Position numbers and translations under genes: made by a program. From NCBI RefSeq assembly GCF_018350175.1, contig NC_058377.1, positions 100,068,001-100,132,000 of the forward strand: 64,000 bases of DNA, in the 5' to 3' direction. The notes beneath the pieces were generated by a model. The model was not told where the DNA came from. It was given only the letters and a program-made list of their open reading frames with translations, and ran no database searches. Positions 12,730-25,421 of this stretch are shown here, one piece after another. Source of the DNA: Felis catus (lineage: Eukaryota). Position 1 is the first letter of the stretch; each line of letters begins with the position of its first letter.

Positions 12730-13950
12730 CCATGACACACGCATTGTAAACATAATTATTTACTCGACATCCATGAATTTGATATCCAATCAAGCACCAA
12801 AACGATAATTTGTATCTGTGTGCTTCTCCTCTATTCTGTTTCTCACAAATGATAACCAATATACTGAAGATAGGCTTTCAGTTTCCTTACTTTATGAAAA
12901 TATTCCAACATGTGGCTGTATGCCTTAACAATACTTATTCAGTTTTGCTTGTTTCTCATTTTATAAAAACGTTGTTATACATGTATTGTCTCCTGGACTT
13001 GCTTTTTTCCCCTCAACGTGAATGAATTTCAGAGATTCATCCGTGTTTTTGCCTGTCGCCGTATTTCACCGTTTGTCCCAGTATACAATATTCCATTGGG
13101 TGAATATGTAATATTTTCCTGTTCTGTCAATCTACCTTGGTTGTTTTCATGCTAAGAGTGCTTTCATGAGCGTTTTTGAATATGTGGAGAAGTTCACCTG
13201 TGATAGATACCCGGGGATGGAATTGCTGTGTTAAAGAGTATGCAAATGTTCAACTTTACAACGAAAATGTCAACTTGCTTTTGAAAACAAACGGTGGTGG
13301 TAGTATTCATTCCACTAGGAATGCATAAGAGATTTTGTTGATGTACATTCTTGCCAACACGTAGTATTGCCAAGACTTCTGAATGGTTTTGCCAATCTAG
13401 AGGGTATATGTGGCATGTAATTCCTGATTACTAATGAGGTTGAGAATATTTTCATGGTTCTTGTCCTACCTGCTGCTTTTTTCCCCTGTGAATTGTCAAT
13501 TATTATCTTTTGCTTGTTGTTCTCTTGAGTTTCTTGAATGAAAAAAAAAAATGGGTTTCTAAGTGTTTTGTGTATATTTTGGCTAATGTTCTGTCAGATA
13601 TGTTGATGATAAGTTTAGCTCATAACTTGTCTTTTCACTTTATGCTGTGTTTATCATTTTTGTTTTCAGTGTATAATAGTTTTAAATTTCCATTACTGTT
13701 AGTTAGTGCTTTTTGTGCCTTAAGAAATAGTTTCTTAGGTCAAGGTCAGGGTGATATTAATTGATATTCCAGAATTTTAAAGTTGTGCCTTTTTACTGAA
13801 TTTCTTATTTTACTTAAAATTGATTATTGGGCATTGTGGAGGAAAGGATTCAATTTTATTTTTTCCCTTATGGAAAACCAAACATTCCTTCATCATTTAT
13901 TGAATAGTCCTTTTCTCCATTCGTCTACAGTGCCACTTCTGACATATATC
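12730..13950 (-). mobile_element. Degraded ancient L1ME-type 3' region
   Basis: T-rich diverged L1 3' motifs (GGAATTGCTG..AAGAGTATGCAAATGTTCAACTTTA; CTGATTACTAATGAGGTTGAG). Confidence 0.55.
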
Positions 13951-13966
13951 AAGTTTCTGTATTTTC

Positions 13967-14434
13967 TTTTTTTTTTAAATTTTTTATTTTTTCTAAATTT
14001 TTTTTTAACGTTTATTTATTTTTGAGACAGAGAGAGACAGAGCATGAACAGGGGAGGGGCAGAGAGAGAGGGAGACACAGAATCTGAAACAGGCTCTGAG
14101 CCTGTCAGCACAGAGCCCCACACGGGGCTCGAACTCATGCACCGCAAGATCATGACCTGAGCCGAAGTCGGATGCTTAACCGACCAAGCCACCCAGGCGC
14201 CCCTTAAAAATTAAAAAAAAAAATTTTTTTTTCCAACGTTTATTTATTTTTGGGACAGAGAGAGACAGAGCATGAACGGGGGAGGGGCAGAGAGAGAGAG
14301 AGACACAGAATCCGAAGCAGGCTCCAGGCTCTGAGCTGTCAGCACAGAGCCCGACGCGGGGCTCGAACTCACGGACCGTGAGATCATGACCTGAGCCGAA
14401 GTCGGACGCTCAGACTGAGCCACCCAGGCGCCCC
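13967..14434 (-). mobile_element. Two tandem/nested SINEC elements
   Basis: Two reverse SINE bodies end in CAGGCGCCCC at ~14203 and 14434. Outer TSD CAAGTTTCTGTATTTTC at 13950 and 14434. Confidence 0.93.
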
Positions 14435-14559
14435 AAGTTTCTGTATTTTCATGAGTTTGTTTCTGGACCAAACCTACACTCTTTTAATTACTATAATTTA
14501 TGTCTTGATATCCGGTAGGACAAGTTTCTCTAATTCTATTTTTTAAAGAATATCTTGTT

Positions 14560-14812
14560 CCGTGTTCACGCTCTGTCTCTCTCTCAAAAATAAATACACA
14601 TTGGGGCACCTGGGTGGCTCAGTAGGTTGAGTGTCCAACTCTTGATTTCAGCTCAGGTCATGATCCCAGGATCGTAGGATTGAGCCTCGTGTCAGGTTCC
14701 ACGTGGAACATAGAGCCTGCATTCTCTCTCTCTCCCTCTGCCCTCCTCTCCTCCTTGTGCTCTCTCTAAAAAATAAAATAAAATAAATATTTGAATAAAT
14801 AAACATTAAAAA
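14560..14812 (+). mobile_element. 5'-truncated SINE with a second Can-SINE nested in its tail
   Basis: SINE 3' remnant followed by a GGGGCACCTGGG head at 14603; TSD AAAGAATA(T/C)CTTGT. Confidence 0.8.
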
Positions 14813-14969
14813 AAGAATACCTTGTCTGTTTTGAGTCTTTATTTTCTAGACAGTTGTAAATCTAAATTGTCACATTCCACAAAATAACTTACTGGGATTT
14901 TGTTTTGAATTGTATTGTTCTATAGATCTTTGGGAAGAACTTACATTGGGGTAACTCTGATTTGCTTAT

Positions 14970-15420
14970 GTGTTAATGTAAACAAAGTCTTCTGAAAAAT
15001 CTAAAGGCATAGAGTTCTGTGACTAATAAGTGATTTATGAAACATTTGTTCCCAGGAAAACTGTTAAGGGAGTAGAGGAAGCAGGACAGAGAGAAATATG
15101 AACAAGGATGCAGTTTCAGGTGAATTCCAGCAGAGGGTCACTTCAGACTGATTTTGCAGAACTCTGGAGTGTAAATTATGCCTGGAGTGTGATTAGAAGC
15201 AAGTGAGTGGAGTTTTGATACTCCCAGACTGTTTAGACATTAGCTAAGGGCTTCTCTGGGTTTGGGTTGAGGCATAAATTCCCAGATACTTATGTCTGTG
15301 TATAATATAGGGAAAATTGACTCCAGCCCCAAGACAATATGTGTTAATTGTTGGCAAAGTATATAAAGGGTTATGGGTTAAAAAAAAAAAAAAGGATAGA
15401 GATCTGGACAAGGTTCTGAA
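14970..15420. mobile_element. MLT1-like (MaLR) LTR relic; paralogous copy at ~29760-30500
   Basis: AAGTGATTTAT...TAAGGGAGTAGAGGAAGCAGGACAG resembles the MLT1 family. Confidence 0.5.
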
Positions 15421-16301
15421 CACACCTTGACATTCTTTGTCATGTTCTTTATTTTGGTGGTGTTTAATGTTTTAAATCAGGTTGATAAATTGCTGCACCC
15501 AGCTCCTTTGATTAGATGTATTCTTAGGAACATTATGGCTTTGCTGCTATTATAAATAGCATCTTTATTTTTTCCAGATTTATTTGCATGTAGTTTATGA
15601 CGTGTAAATTTAAGGCATGCAAGGTGTTGGTTTGATACATTTATATATTGCAAATAGATTACCACCATAGCATTAGCAAACACCTCCATCCCGTGACACA
15701 TTTATCATTTCTTTTTTGTGTAAGAACATTTAAGAGTTACTCTTAGCACCTTTCAACTATATAAAACAGTGTTATTAACTATATCACCATGCTCTGGATT
15801 AGATCTCCAGAGCTTGTTAATATTATAACTGAAAGTTTGCACCCTTTGACAATATCTCTGTTTCTTTTATCACCTCGCCCCTCATACCCACTATTTTGCT
15901 GTTTCTCCGCGTTTTCTTAGATTTACTTTTTTTTTTTTTAGATTTTGTGTAAGTGATATGATACAGTATTTGTCTTTTACTGTATGACTTATTTCACTTA
16001 GTATAATGTACTTAAGGACAACCCATGTTGATGAAATGGTAGGATTTCATTCTTTCTCATGGCTGAATAATATTCCAGTGTGTGTATGTGTGTGTGTATG
16101 TGTGTATGTATGTATCTATATATCTATCGCATCTTCTTTATCCAATCATCTGTTAACAACCATTAGGTTGTTTCCATATCTTGGCTATTGTGAATAATGC
16201 TACAATAAACATGGGAGTGCAGATATCTCCCTGATAATACTGTTTTCCTTCCTTTGAATAAATACCCAGAAGGAGGATTGCTGGTGCATATAGGAATTCT
16301 A

Positions 16302-16450
16302 NNNNNNNNNNNNNNNNNNNNNNNNNNNNNNNNNNNNNNNNNNNNNNNNNNNNNNNNNNNNNNNNNNNNNNNNNNNNNNNNNNNNNNNNNNNNNNNNNNN
16401 NNNNNNNNNNNNNNNNNNNNNNNNNNNNNNNNNNNNNNNNNNNNNNNNNN
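16302..16450. other. Assembly gap (N run)
   Basis: Run of N. Confidence 1.
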
Positions 16451-16587
16451 AGCAGTAGCTCATTGTGGTTTTTATTTGCATTTCTCTGATGATTAGTGTC
16501 ATTGAGCACCTTTTCATGTACTTGTTGACTATTTGTATGTCTTCTTTGGAAAACTTTCTATTCATTATTCATTTCTCTGCCCAACAT

Positions 16588-16591
<4 letters not shown>

Positions 16592-16628
<37 letters not shown>

Positions 16629-16632
16629 TGTG
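16592..16632. repeat. (TG)n microsatellite
   Basis: Direct observation. Confidence 0.95.
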
Positions 16633-17251
16633 TTGACTATTGAGTCAAATAAGTTATTTATATATTTTGGATACTAACCCTTTATCGGGTATAGGATTTA
16701 TAGCTATTTCCTCTCATTCTTTAGGTTGCTTTATCATGTTGTTGGTTTCCTTTATAGTGCATAAGATTTCAGTTTGATGTAGCCCCACTTGTTTATTTCT
16801 GCTTTTTTAAAATCGGTGTCAAATCCAAAAAAACCATAGGTCAGGACTTATGTCAAGGAGCATTCTCCCGATTTTTCTTTTAGGATTTTTATTGTTTCCA
16901 GTCTTTTGCTTTTTAAAGTTTATTTATGATTTATTTTGACAGACTGAGAGGGTGAGCAGGAGAGGGGGAGAGAGAGAGAGAGGGAGAGAGAATCCCAGGC
17001 AAGCTCTGCACCATCAATGCAGAGCCTAATGTGGGGCTCAAACTCACGATATGGTTTCAAGTCTTATGTTCAAGTCTTTAATCCATTTGAGTTGATATAT
17101 GTGTATGGTAAGAAGGGACCCAGTTTCATTCTTTTGTGTGTGACTATCCTGATTTCCAAACACTTTTTATTGAGGAGGCTATCCTATCCCCATTGTATAC
17201 TCCTGGCGACTTGTCATAAATACTATGTATGCATGCGCTTGTTCCTGGGTT

Positions 17252-17303
17252 CTCTATTCTATTCTATTCTATTCTATTCTATTCTATTCTATTCTATTCT
17301 ATT
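17252..17303. repeat. (CTATT)n pentanucleotide microsatellite, about 10 units
   Basis: Direct observation. Confidence 0.95.
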
Positions 17304-18679
17304 GATTTATGTGTTTGTAATAAAGTTTGAAATAAAAATGATGCTTCGAGCTTTGTTCTTTCTGAAGATTTTTCTGGCTCTGGAGGGTTTTCTTTGTTTC
17401 TGTGCCAAATTTAGGTCAGATTTTTATATTTCTGTGAAAAATGCCATTTGAATTATGATGGGGATTTCATTGAATTTGTAGATTACTTTGGGTAGTATGG
17501 ACATTTTAATAATATTTATTGTTTCAATCTATGAGAATGGAATATTTTCTAATTTATGTGTGTCTCTAGTGTTTTCATCAGTGTCTTATAGTTTTCAGTG
17601 CATAGATCTTTCCACCAACTTGGTTAAAATTATTCCCAAGTATTGTATACCTTTAAATGAAATCATAAATGAGATTTTTTTCTTAATTTCTCTTTCAGAT
17701 AGTTCCATTATTAGTATATAGATGCACAACTGAGTTTTGTATATTGATCTTTTATCTTAAAACTTTACTGAATTCATTTATTAGTTCTAACAATTGGCTA
17801 TAGTGGGTTCTATTTGTTTCCATACAAATTTTAGGAAAATTTCTGTGCAAAATGCCATTGGAATTATGATTGGGATTGCATTGAATCTGTGGATTGCTTT
17901 GGGTCGTATGGACTAAGTCAACATGACTTAATGAACATGCACTATATGCCAGAGACTGATAGATGGTGAGGAACTAGGATCTCAGTGACCTATATATGAA
18001 TCCATAAATGTTCACATTGGCAGGTACCGTGTGGATAATCCAGCTTCACTCAGTCATTTTCTATAGAATCAGAACAAGGTTGGGGGTGGGGGTGGGGGGA
18101 GAAGTGGAGAGGTAAATGACGCGTTCAAGTTAGTTACTAGATTATTTATGATCAGAACTAGAGCCCCGCTGTCCTGGCCCCTGTGCAGTCCTCACTTTCC
18201 TCTCTCTTCATTCTCCTTTCTGTTCTCAGTAGTTCAGTCTGGAAAAAAAATTCCCTTTATGTCCTTCCTTCAACTTTCTTCTGTTTATTATTCTTCTCTA
18301 TTCTCTTTTGCACCTCATTATTTGGTGCAAAAACTTCACAGAAATCTCACTAAACTAATTGAAACAGATTTTGAACCTTTCCGAATCATAGTTTATTTGG
18401 CAGTGTTTCACCCGAGAGAAAAGAAATTCCATGGGGAAGTTGTTCCCTTGATGATAGTGTGTGGCTTAGTTTATTTTAAATAGTTCAGGGATCTAAGCAT
18501 TTAGTCAGAACCCTTGGACTCGGTGGGTACATTTTCTACATAAAACATAGCATCTTAAATTCTCTGAGTTTGCTGATTCCTGTGGCTTTTATTTGTTTCT
18601 TAGATATTATCCAAATATCAACCCAGATCCAGATCATCTGAACTTTACTCTTCTGTGATTCATCTTAGATGCCATCATT

Positions 18680-19200
18680 TGTTCTCTAAAAGCCCCCAGG
18701 AACATGGTGTTTTGTTCTAGGGGGCAAGACCTGATTCTTGAATTGCTGTAGCAGCAACCACCCAGGGCCATCAGAAGGTAGCTTAGTGATTTCCAAGTTA
18801 TTAACCTGTCAAGTATCTAATGTGTGGCTTTGGGAAGCAATTGATCTCTCTCAGTGTCTGTTGCCTCATTTGTAAATAGAGGAGGTTTGATTAAAAGCTC
18901 TAAATATTTTCACCACTCTTAGGGGCTTAGTTGAGTGTGACGAACTGTGCTCGCTGGACCCTTCCGTGAGAAATCAGCTAGGTGGGGAGTATTAGCCAAA
19001 GCACCTTACTTGTCCAGTGATCATGACTTCCAGAGAGGAACCTAATGCTCCATCTCACTGAACCAGATCACTGCCTTGAAAATGAGTTATTCTAACAGAG
19101 TGACTACCTTCATGCTGAGCTAGAGGCACTTGAGTACACTTGAGATCCATCTGACCCAATTCCTTGTTCCAAGGCAGAACAAAACCACACCAGGTAAGTG
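18680..19200 (+). promoter_or_regulatory. Candidate promoter and non-coding first exon of the OR4B1-like gene
   Basis: EBF/O-E-like CCCCCAGGA (~18694) and ACCCAGGGC (~18760). Consensus donor CAG|GTAAGT at 19191-19199 could pair with acceptor TTTTATTGCAG ending at 23430. Confidence 0.35.
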
Positions 19201-20040
19201 ATATGGCTGGAAGGAAGGCACAAGGCATATGATGTTGAGCAAGTCAGTTCCTTTCTTTAAGCCACAAGTTTTAATTTTAAAGGAGGTGGTTTGGTATGGA
19301 GTACTTTTTGGGGTGTGCACCAGGGATGAGGCTATGGGTTAAATTTATTCCTTTGTTTTTATTGTTAAATATATATGATATAAAATTTGATGATTTCAAA
19401 GATCTTTCCAATTTTGGGACTCTTTGAGGTCCCATTTGGGAATTATGAAGTGGGAGTGTGTGCTTGGAATGGAAGTTTCTCTAGGTCATCTGAGATCAGT
19501 CACATTGGCACATCAAGCTCTTTCTTACATTGAATTCTGGGCATTGTCTGCATTCTATTCTTCTGTGGTCCAGAATCCAGGAGGTCACGTGATGTAGAGT
19601 CTGCAGGCTCTTATGCTGATTTAGGCTTTTACATGTTCATCACATTTTCTTTCCATGTGTCTTGGTAAGGCAGTATTGTGGGAGAGAGGAAGTATTTCTT
19701 ATTAGCTCTGTGGGAGAGATGGTGGGAATGGCTGGTGGCAGAGAGCAGAGAGAGGAATTAATGCAGAAAAGACAGAAATGACTGAAATGAAAAGGTGGTT
19801 TTCAGAGAGAAAGACTATCAAGTATTTTATCTCCTTGGGATAACGCCTGGAAAAACTTGACCTAACATGATTTTTTTCTTGCCTCTAGTGATCTCTCAGA
19901 TTGGTCCCATTATATTTTCCTTAGTTTCAGGAATGGATAAGAAAACAAACAGTTAAGTTCATGCCTAGATAAAAGGTATATGTTTGTGTAGACCAACAAA
20001 AATATACCTTAGACCTCTCATGAAAGAACATATTTAATTT

Positions 20041-20236
20041 TATTTTTTCTTTTTTTATTATGTTTTTAATTTTTTTAAATTTCTAAATTTTTAAATTTTT
20101 AAATTTTTTTTCAATATATGAAGTTTATTGTCAAATTGGTTTCCGTACAACACCCAGTGCTCATCCCAAAAGGTGCCCTCCTCAATACCCATCACCCAAA
20201 CTCCCCTCCCTCCCACCTCCCATCAACCCTCAGTTT
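20041..20236 (-). mobile_element. Short felid L1 3' end
   Basis: TTTATTGTCAAATTGGTTTCC..CACCCAGTGCTCATCCCAAAAGGTGCCCTCC is the reverse of 26606-26785; flanked by AGAACATATTTAATTT. Confidence 0.9.
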
Positions 20237-20252
20237 AGAACATATTTAATTT

Positions 20253-20471
20253 TTTTTTAAATTTTTTTTTTTCAACGTTTATTTATTTTTGGGACAGAGA
20301 GAGAGCATGAACGGGGGAGGGGCAGAGAGAGAGGGAGACACAGAATCAGAAACAGGCTCCAGGCTCTGAGCCATCAGCCCAGAGCCCGACGCGGGGCTCG
20401 AACTCCCGGACCGCGAGATCGTGACCTGGCTGAAGTCGGACGCTTAACCGACTGCGCCACCCAGGTGCCCC
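20253..20471 (-). mobile_element. SINEC_Fc (young)
   Basis: Reverse SINE with intact CpGs; TSD AGAACATATTTAATTT. Confidence 0.95.
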
Positions 20472-20529
20472 AGAACATATTTAATTTTAACTCTTCACTT
20501 CTGTGTTATGTACTTAGAAATTGTATAGG

Positions 20530-20760
20530 GCAGTGATTGTAGAGCTCTGGATCTATGGTGAGGCTACTTGGATTGGAATCCTGACTCCACCACTGTGGAG
20601 CTTCTGGCCAGGTAATTCATTTCTCTTTGATTCTGTTTTCTCCTATGTATAAAAGGGGGTGAAATTAACCCCCAAATCATGGGTTTATTGTGAGAGTCAA
20701 ATCCATAATGTATCTAGAACATTTGTAAAGTATATGGCACAAGTACTATTGTAGAGCTCG
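20530..20760 (+). mobile_element. MIR relic
   Basis: MIR-like core (GAATCCTGACTCCACCACT..GTTTTCTCCTATGTATAAAAGGGG..TTGTGAG). Confidence 0.55.
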
Positions 20761-20929
20761 ACATCATTATTAATGAAAAATGCAGTTAATAAAAAAGATT
20801 TAAGAATATTAAACAGATATATTTGATTATTATGATGGTATATTTCTTAGTAGAAGATACAGTCCCCAAAGCTATAATTATATAGCAACCTGTTAATTTG
20901 TATAAAAGAAGTATGATAACAAACCATAG

Positions 20930-21800
20930 GAGCACAAAGGAGAGAATATATTATTCCTGGTGGAGTGATAGTCTTTGTGCAATTAGAAAGAAGGAACACT
21001 AAACACAGAGAAGGGAGAAAGTCACCTTGGAATAGGAAATAGGTGTGTAACAGTCATTTGGGAATGACATGGGTGCAAAAATAAGCAATGGCCAGTTCAA
21101 GCAGGACCTGGACTTTATGCTAAGAATGTTATAATTTAGGCTGTGGGCAATAGGGAGATATTGGTAGATTTTGGGTAGAGAAGTAACATGAAGTACACTG
21201 AAGTATAATCACCAAAGTATTTTCCAACGCTCAGGGACAAGAAGGTGCAGATGGGTTGGAGTATTAAATGCAAGCTTTGTTCAACACACCAGACCGGGAC
21301 TGAGTTGGAAGGTGGGTAGTGTTGGAAGGGCAAGGAGAGGGCATATCTGGAAAAGGAGGCTCTGTTGCGAGAATAAGCAGGGTGGGCTATGGGACAGGGA
21401 GAGAACCTGAAAGAGGCGAGTTGAAGTTTAGGGGGTAAGAGGATGATTGCTGAGGTGGCTCAGTGTGTGAAAATCTTTAAAAGTGAATTGTAGGAGTTCA
21501 GGTTTTCCTCCAGCTATTCCCACGCAGGGGAGGATCCGAGGAAAGAAAGATCTAGGAGACAATTTTCTGGCTGCAGTGTGTGGGATGGATGGCAAGGGCA
21601 TCTGGAGATGAAGAGGTATTGGTAATCTGGGCATCTGCTGAGAGAATGTGAGAAGGGGTGGCGGGAAGAATGGAGAGAAAGGGCACACAGGGGGATGGTT
21701 TAATGAGAAATTAAAGGGGTGTGATGATGACTGGTGTGGGCATGAGGGAAGGCATGGGTCAAATATGATCTCAGAGCTATAGCCTGGGCATCTTGGATGG
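20930..21800 (-). mobile_element. L2 relic
   Basis: Purine-rich L2-like motifs (GGACTTTATGCTAAG..GGCAATAGGGAG..TTTT). Confidence 0.4.
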
Positions 21801-22000
21801 TTTTATGAGCATTTGATTATTAATGAGTCTTAAAATCTTTCCATATGTATACTGATATTTTTACTTATTCTTTTGTGAATCTCTCTCTTTTGCCCATTTT
21901 CTATTGCGATACAGGTATATTTCTTAGAGAAGTTCATTTTCATGTTGGGTTATTAAGCCTACAATTTTTATTGCTCTAGAACATGAATTGCTTTATTATT

Positions 22001-22239
22001 ATTATTTTTTATTTTTTATTAAAAAAATTTTTTTTTCAACGTTTATTTATTTTTGGGACAGAGAGAGACAGAGCATGAACGGGGGAGGGTCAGAGAGAGA
22101 GGAAGACACAGAATCTGAAAAAGGCTCCAGGCTCTGAGCCATCAGCCCAGAGCCTGACGCGGGGCTCGAACTCACGGACCGCGAGATCGTGACCTGGCTG
22201 AAGTCGGACGCTTAACCGACTGCGCCACCCAGGCGCCCC
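22001..22239 (-). mobile_element. SINEC_Fc (young)
   Basis: TSD GAATTGCTTTATTATT at 21985 and 22240. Confidence 0.95.
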
Positions 22240-23470
22240 GAATTGCTTTATTATTTTAAGGTTCAATGATTTTTATTTAGTTTTAAACTTCAACATGTGT
22301 GCTTATATGAGGAACTCTGGCTCACAGTACTGTGTTCTGATCTGTCCGTATCACTGACTTTTGTTTTCTCTGTGGATTCTGGTACTTGATGTCCAGGTGT
22401 GTTTTTAGTTCTTAAGTATATTTCTTAAAAATTTCAGTATGAAATCAGGGTTATGGGGGAAAAGAGTGGAGATTAAATTTAGAACAGAGAATCAAGGTAT
22501 CATGATTTTTCATCCATGTTTTTCATGGGTCGTATGTGGTGGAAAAAATTCCTAACATGGCACCTTAATCTAGAGACTACTTTAAATCACATGACATTGT
22601 TAGCTTGAGGCGAATATTAGATCTGTATTTATTCTGTATAGTCTAGTGTGTTTATACATATATTAGAGGTGCTCGGTAATTATCTGTGCCAGGGGAGTAG
22701 CTCATAGAGACATCTTAACTCTTGTACACTTTGCTGCTAACTATCAACACAGAGCCAGAGCAGGCAGGCTGGCTAGCCATAACAATGCTCTCAGAGGGCA
22801 ATCTCTTTGAATTCAGGATATCTCAGTAGTTTGAGCAGTGGGGAAATAGATGTGAAAGTCACATGAAATGATGGAGACAAACTAGTAAGTTGAATTCTGT
22901 CCAGGATTTGAGCATTTGTCATACAAACAGTCATCGAAGCTGAAGACTGGCAGAAGATTCTGACCTCTGAATGAAGGACAGTATACTCAGGACCTTCTGG
23001 AAAGGGAAGAATTATCTGTGGGAAGATGTTTCTCAAGGCAGAAATTAAGGAAACAAGGAATTCAGGAGTAGAAGTGTCTCATGAAGATTCCCCAACAGAA
23101 GAGAGCTATTCAAATGCAATGAAGATAATAAAGGCTATGAAGTTGAATGGCTCCCCAAATTCAGAATCTCTTGTAGCGAACTAGAAAGAATACTGGCTGA
23201 AGTCTGAAAGCCTGGCTCTGAGGCCCAGAATTCACCGCTTTCTGTGTGATTCTGGGTAAATAACCATCTCCCTGAGCCATAATTTTCTAATATATGAGCT
23301 GTCATTAGATTGTCTATATTTAATGCTGAATAAGTACATATGGGCTAAATGAATGGGCAAAGTGGTTTATACTGTCTAACGTGCTATAAATGAGGTGAAC
23401 TGATTGCAATCAGTTTCTGTTTTATTGCAGGTCTCTCATTACCTGTGCCCAGAACACCTGATTAGATTCC

Positions 23471-24400
23471 ATGGCGAGTACAAATAATGTGACCGAGTTA
23501 ATTATCGTCGGTCTTTTCCAGGATCCAGAAGTGCAGAGGGCATGCTTTGTGATGTTTCTTCCTGTGTACCTGGCGACAGTGGTGGGCAATGGTCTCATTG
23601 TTCTGACAGTCAATGTCAGTAAGAGTCTGCGTTCCCCCATGTACTTCTTCCTTAGCTACTTGTCCCTGGTGGAGATCACTTACTCCTCCACTGTTGTCCC
23701 TAAATTCATCACAGACTTACTTGCCAAGATTAAAACCATCTCCCTGGAGGGCTGTGTGGCTCAGATATTCTTCTTCCACTTCTTTGGAGTTACTGAGATC
23801 TTCCTGCTGACGGTAATGGCCTATGACCGCTTCGTGGCCATTTGCAAACCTCTTCACTACACCACCATCATGAGCCAGTTTGTGTGTCGTCTTCTGGTGG
23901 CTGTTTCCTGGCTCGGGGGCATAATTCACTCCATGGTCCAGATCCTTGTTACTGTTCAGCTGCCGTTCTGTGGTCCCAATGTGATTGAACACTACTTCTG
24001 TGACCTCCATCCATTATTCAAGCTTGCCTGCACTGACACTTCTGTGGAGGGGGTTATTGTGTTGGCCAACAGTGGATTAATCTCCGTCTTCTCCTTCCTC
24101 ATCTTGGTGTCCTCCTATATTGTCATCCTGTACAACCTGAGGAACCATTCTGCAGAGGGGAGGCGCAAAGCCCTCTCCACCTGTGCCTCTCACATCACAG
24201 TGGTCCTCTTGTTCTTTGGACCTGCCATCTTCCTCTACATGCGACCCTCCTCCACCTTCACTGAGGACAAACTGGTGGCCGTGTTCTACACAGTTGTCAC
24301 CCCCATGTTGAACCCCATCATCTACACACTCAGAAATGCAGAGGTGAAAAATGCCATGAGGAAGCTGTGGGAGAAGAAAGTGAACTCAGAAGTGGGATAA
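23471..24400 (+). CDS. OR4B1: Olfactory receptor, OR4B subfamily (OR4B1-like), 309 aa, intact
   Basis: MASTNNVTEL..GLFQDPEVQ; [15 protein letters not shown]; KALSTCASH; RPSSTFTEDKLVAVFYTV; PMLNPIIYTLRN. Matches the recalled human OR4B1, but exact orthology within OR4B is uncertain. Acceptor AG at 23429-23430. Confidence 0.88.
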   Translation: MASTNNVTELIIVGLFQDPEVQRACFVMFLPVYLATVVGNGLIVLTVNVSKSLRSPMYFFLSYLSLVEITYSSTVVPKFITDLLAKIKTISLEGCVAQIFFFHFFGVTEIFLLTVMAYDRFVAICKPLHYTTIMSQFVCRLLVAVSWLGGIIHSMVQILVTVQLPFCGPNVIEHYFCDLHPLFKLACTDTSVEGVIVLANSGLISVFSFLILVSSYIVILYNLRNHSAEGRRKALSTCASHITVVLLFFGPAIFLYMRPSSTFTEDKLVAVFYTVVTPMLNPIIYTLRNAEVKNAMRKLWEKKVNSEVG

Positions 24401-24959
24401 AAATGAAAAAATGAAAAAAAATTCTTAAGAACAGGACTATATATGCATATTCTGTTTTTGGTCAAATGTAAAGAACAGAACAAAAGTTAACTTATTCATA
24501 TATATTTTTTTGTGGTAGATAAATGAGCCCCTTATACTCCATGTTATCAGTTGTAGCTCTTTCATTGCTGTCTGTATTTTGGAGAATTTTCAAATTGAGT
24601 TGCATCTCTTCTCCTGTTGTCCATAGTGCAAAGTGCACAGATTTCAGGAGGGATCATCTAGACTGGAATTTCCATCTGGAATTCCCATCCTATCATCTTC
24701 TGCCTGTACAGCCTTGGGTCCATGCATTTTGCCTTTTGGTGTTAGCATATGGTGTGTGGAAAGTCTGTGGACTTGGAGAATGAAGTTTATGTTTTGCTTT
24801 CCTACTGATGTGGTCTTGTGGGAGTCACAGGAAAGCATTTTTACTTCATTTGGTGTCCCTACCCCATTAATTTAATTCCAATGCCTAAAATTCCGTAATA
24901 GGAGATTTGTTTCATGACAGTAGGGCATTGCTAGAATGGCAGTATCTCTTGGAGGTGAA

Positions 24960-25361
24960 GTACAAATGCTTATATTTGTCATATCTTCTTGATGGATTGA
25001 TTCCTTTATCCCTATACAATTTTTTGTCCTTTGTTACCATTTTTGGATTAAAATCTATTCTGATATAAGTATAGCTACCCCTGCTTTCTTTTGTTTTGGA
25101 ATTTCTTTTCTATTGATTTACTTTGAGCCCATATTTGCCCCTAAATCCGAAATGTGTCTCCTGTAGGCATAGTTGGGTCTTCTTTTTTCTTATTCCAATC
25201 AGTCACTATGTCCTTTTTGATTGAATTTAACCCATTAACATTTAGAATGAATTATTGATATAATTTATAGTTTATCTTGTTAATTGCTTTTGGTCTGTTT
25301 TGAATTTCCATTGTTTCTTCTGTTTCTGCCTACCTTTTTTTAAATATGTTTATTTACTTAT

Positions 25362-25421
<60 letters not shown>

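Larger units (their letters stand above)
13680..15570 (+). repeat. Ancient duplicated block, copy 1 (paralog at ~29220-30670)
   Basis: Colinear similarity by eye across old L1 and MLT1-like sequence. Confidence 0.85.
15580..17912 (-). mobile_element. Old L1MA-type 3' fragment containing a gap, (TG)n, a partial SINE (~16915-17050) and (CTATT)n
   Basis: ORF2 C-terminal remnants (CTPMFIVALFTIAKIWKQP; [21 protein letters not shown]). Confidence 0.85.
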
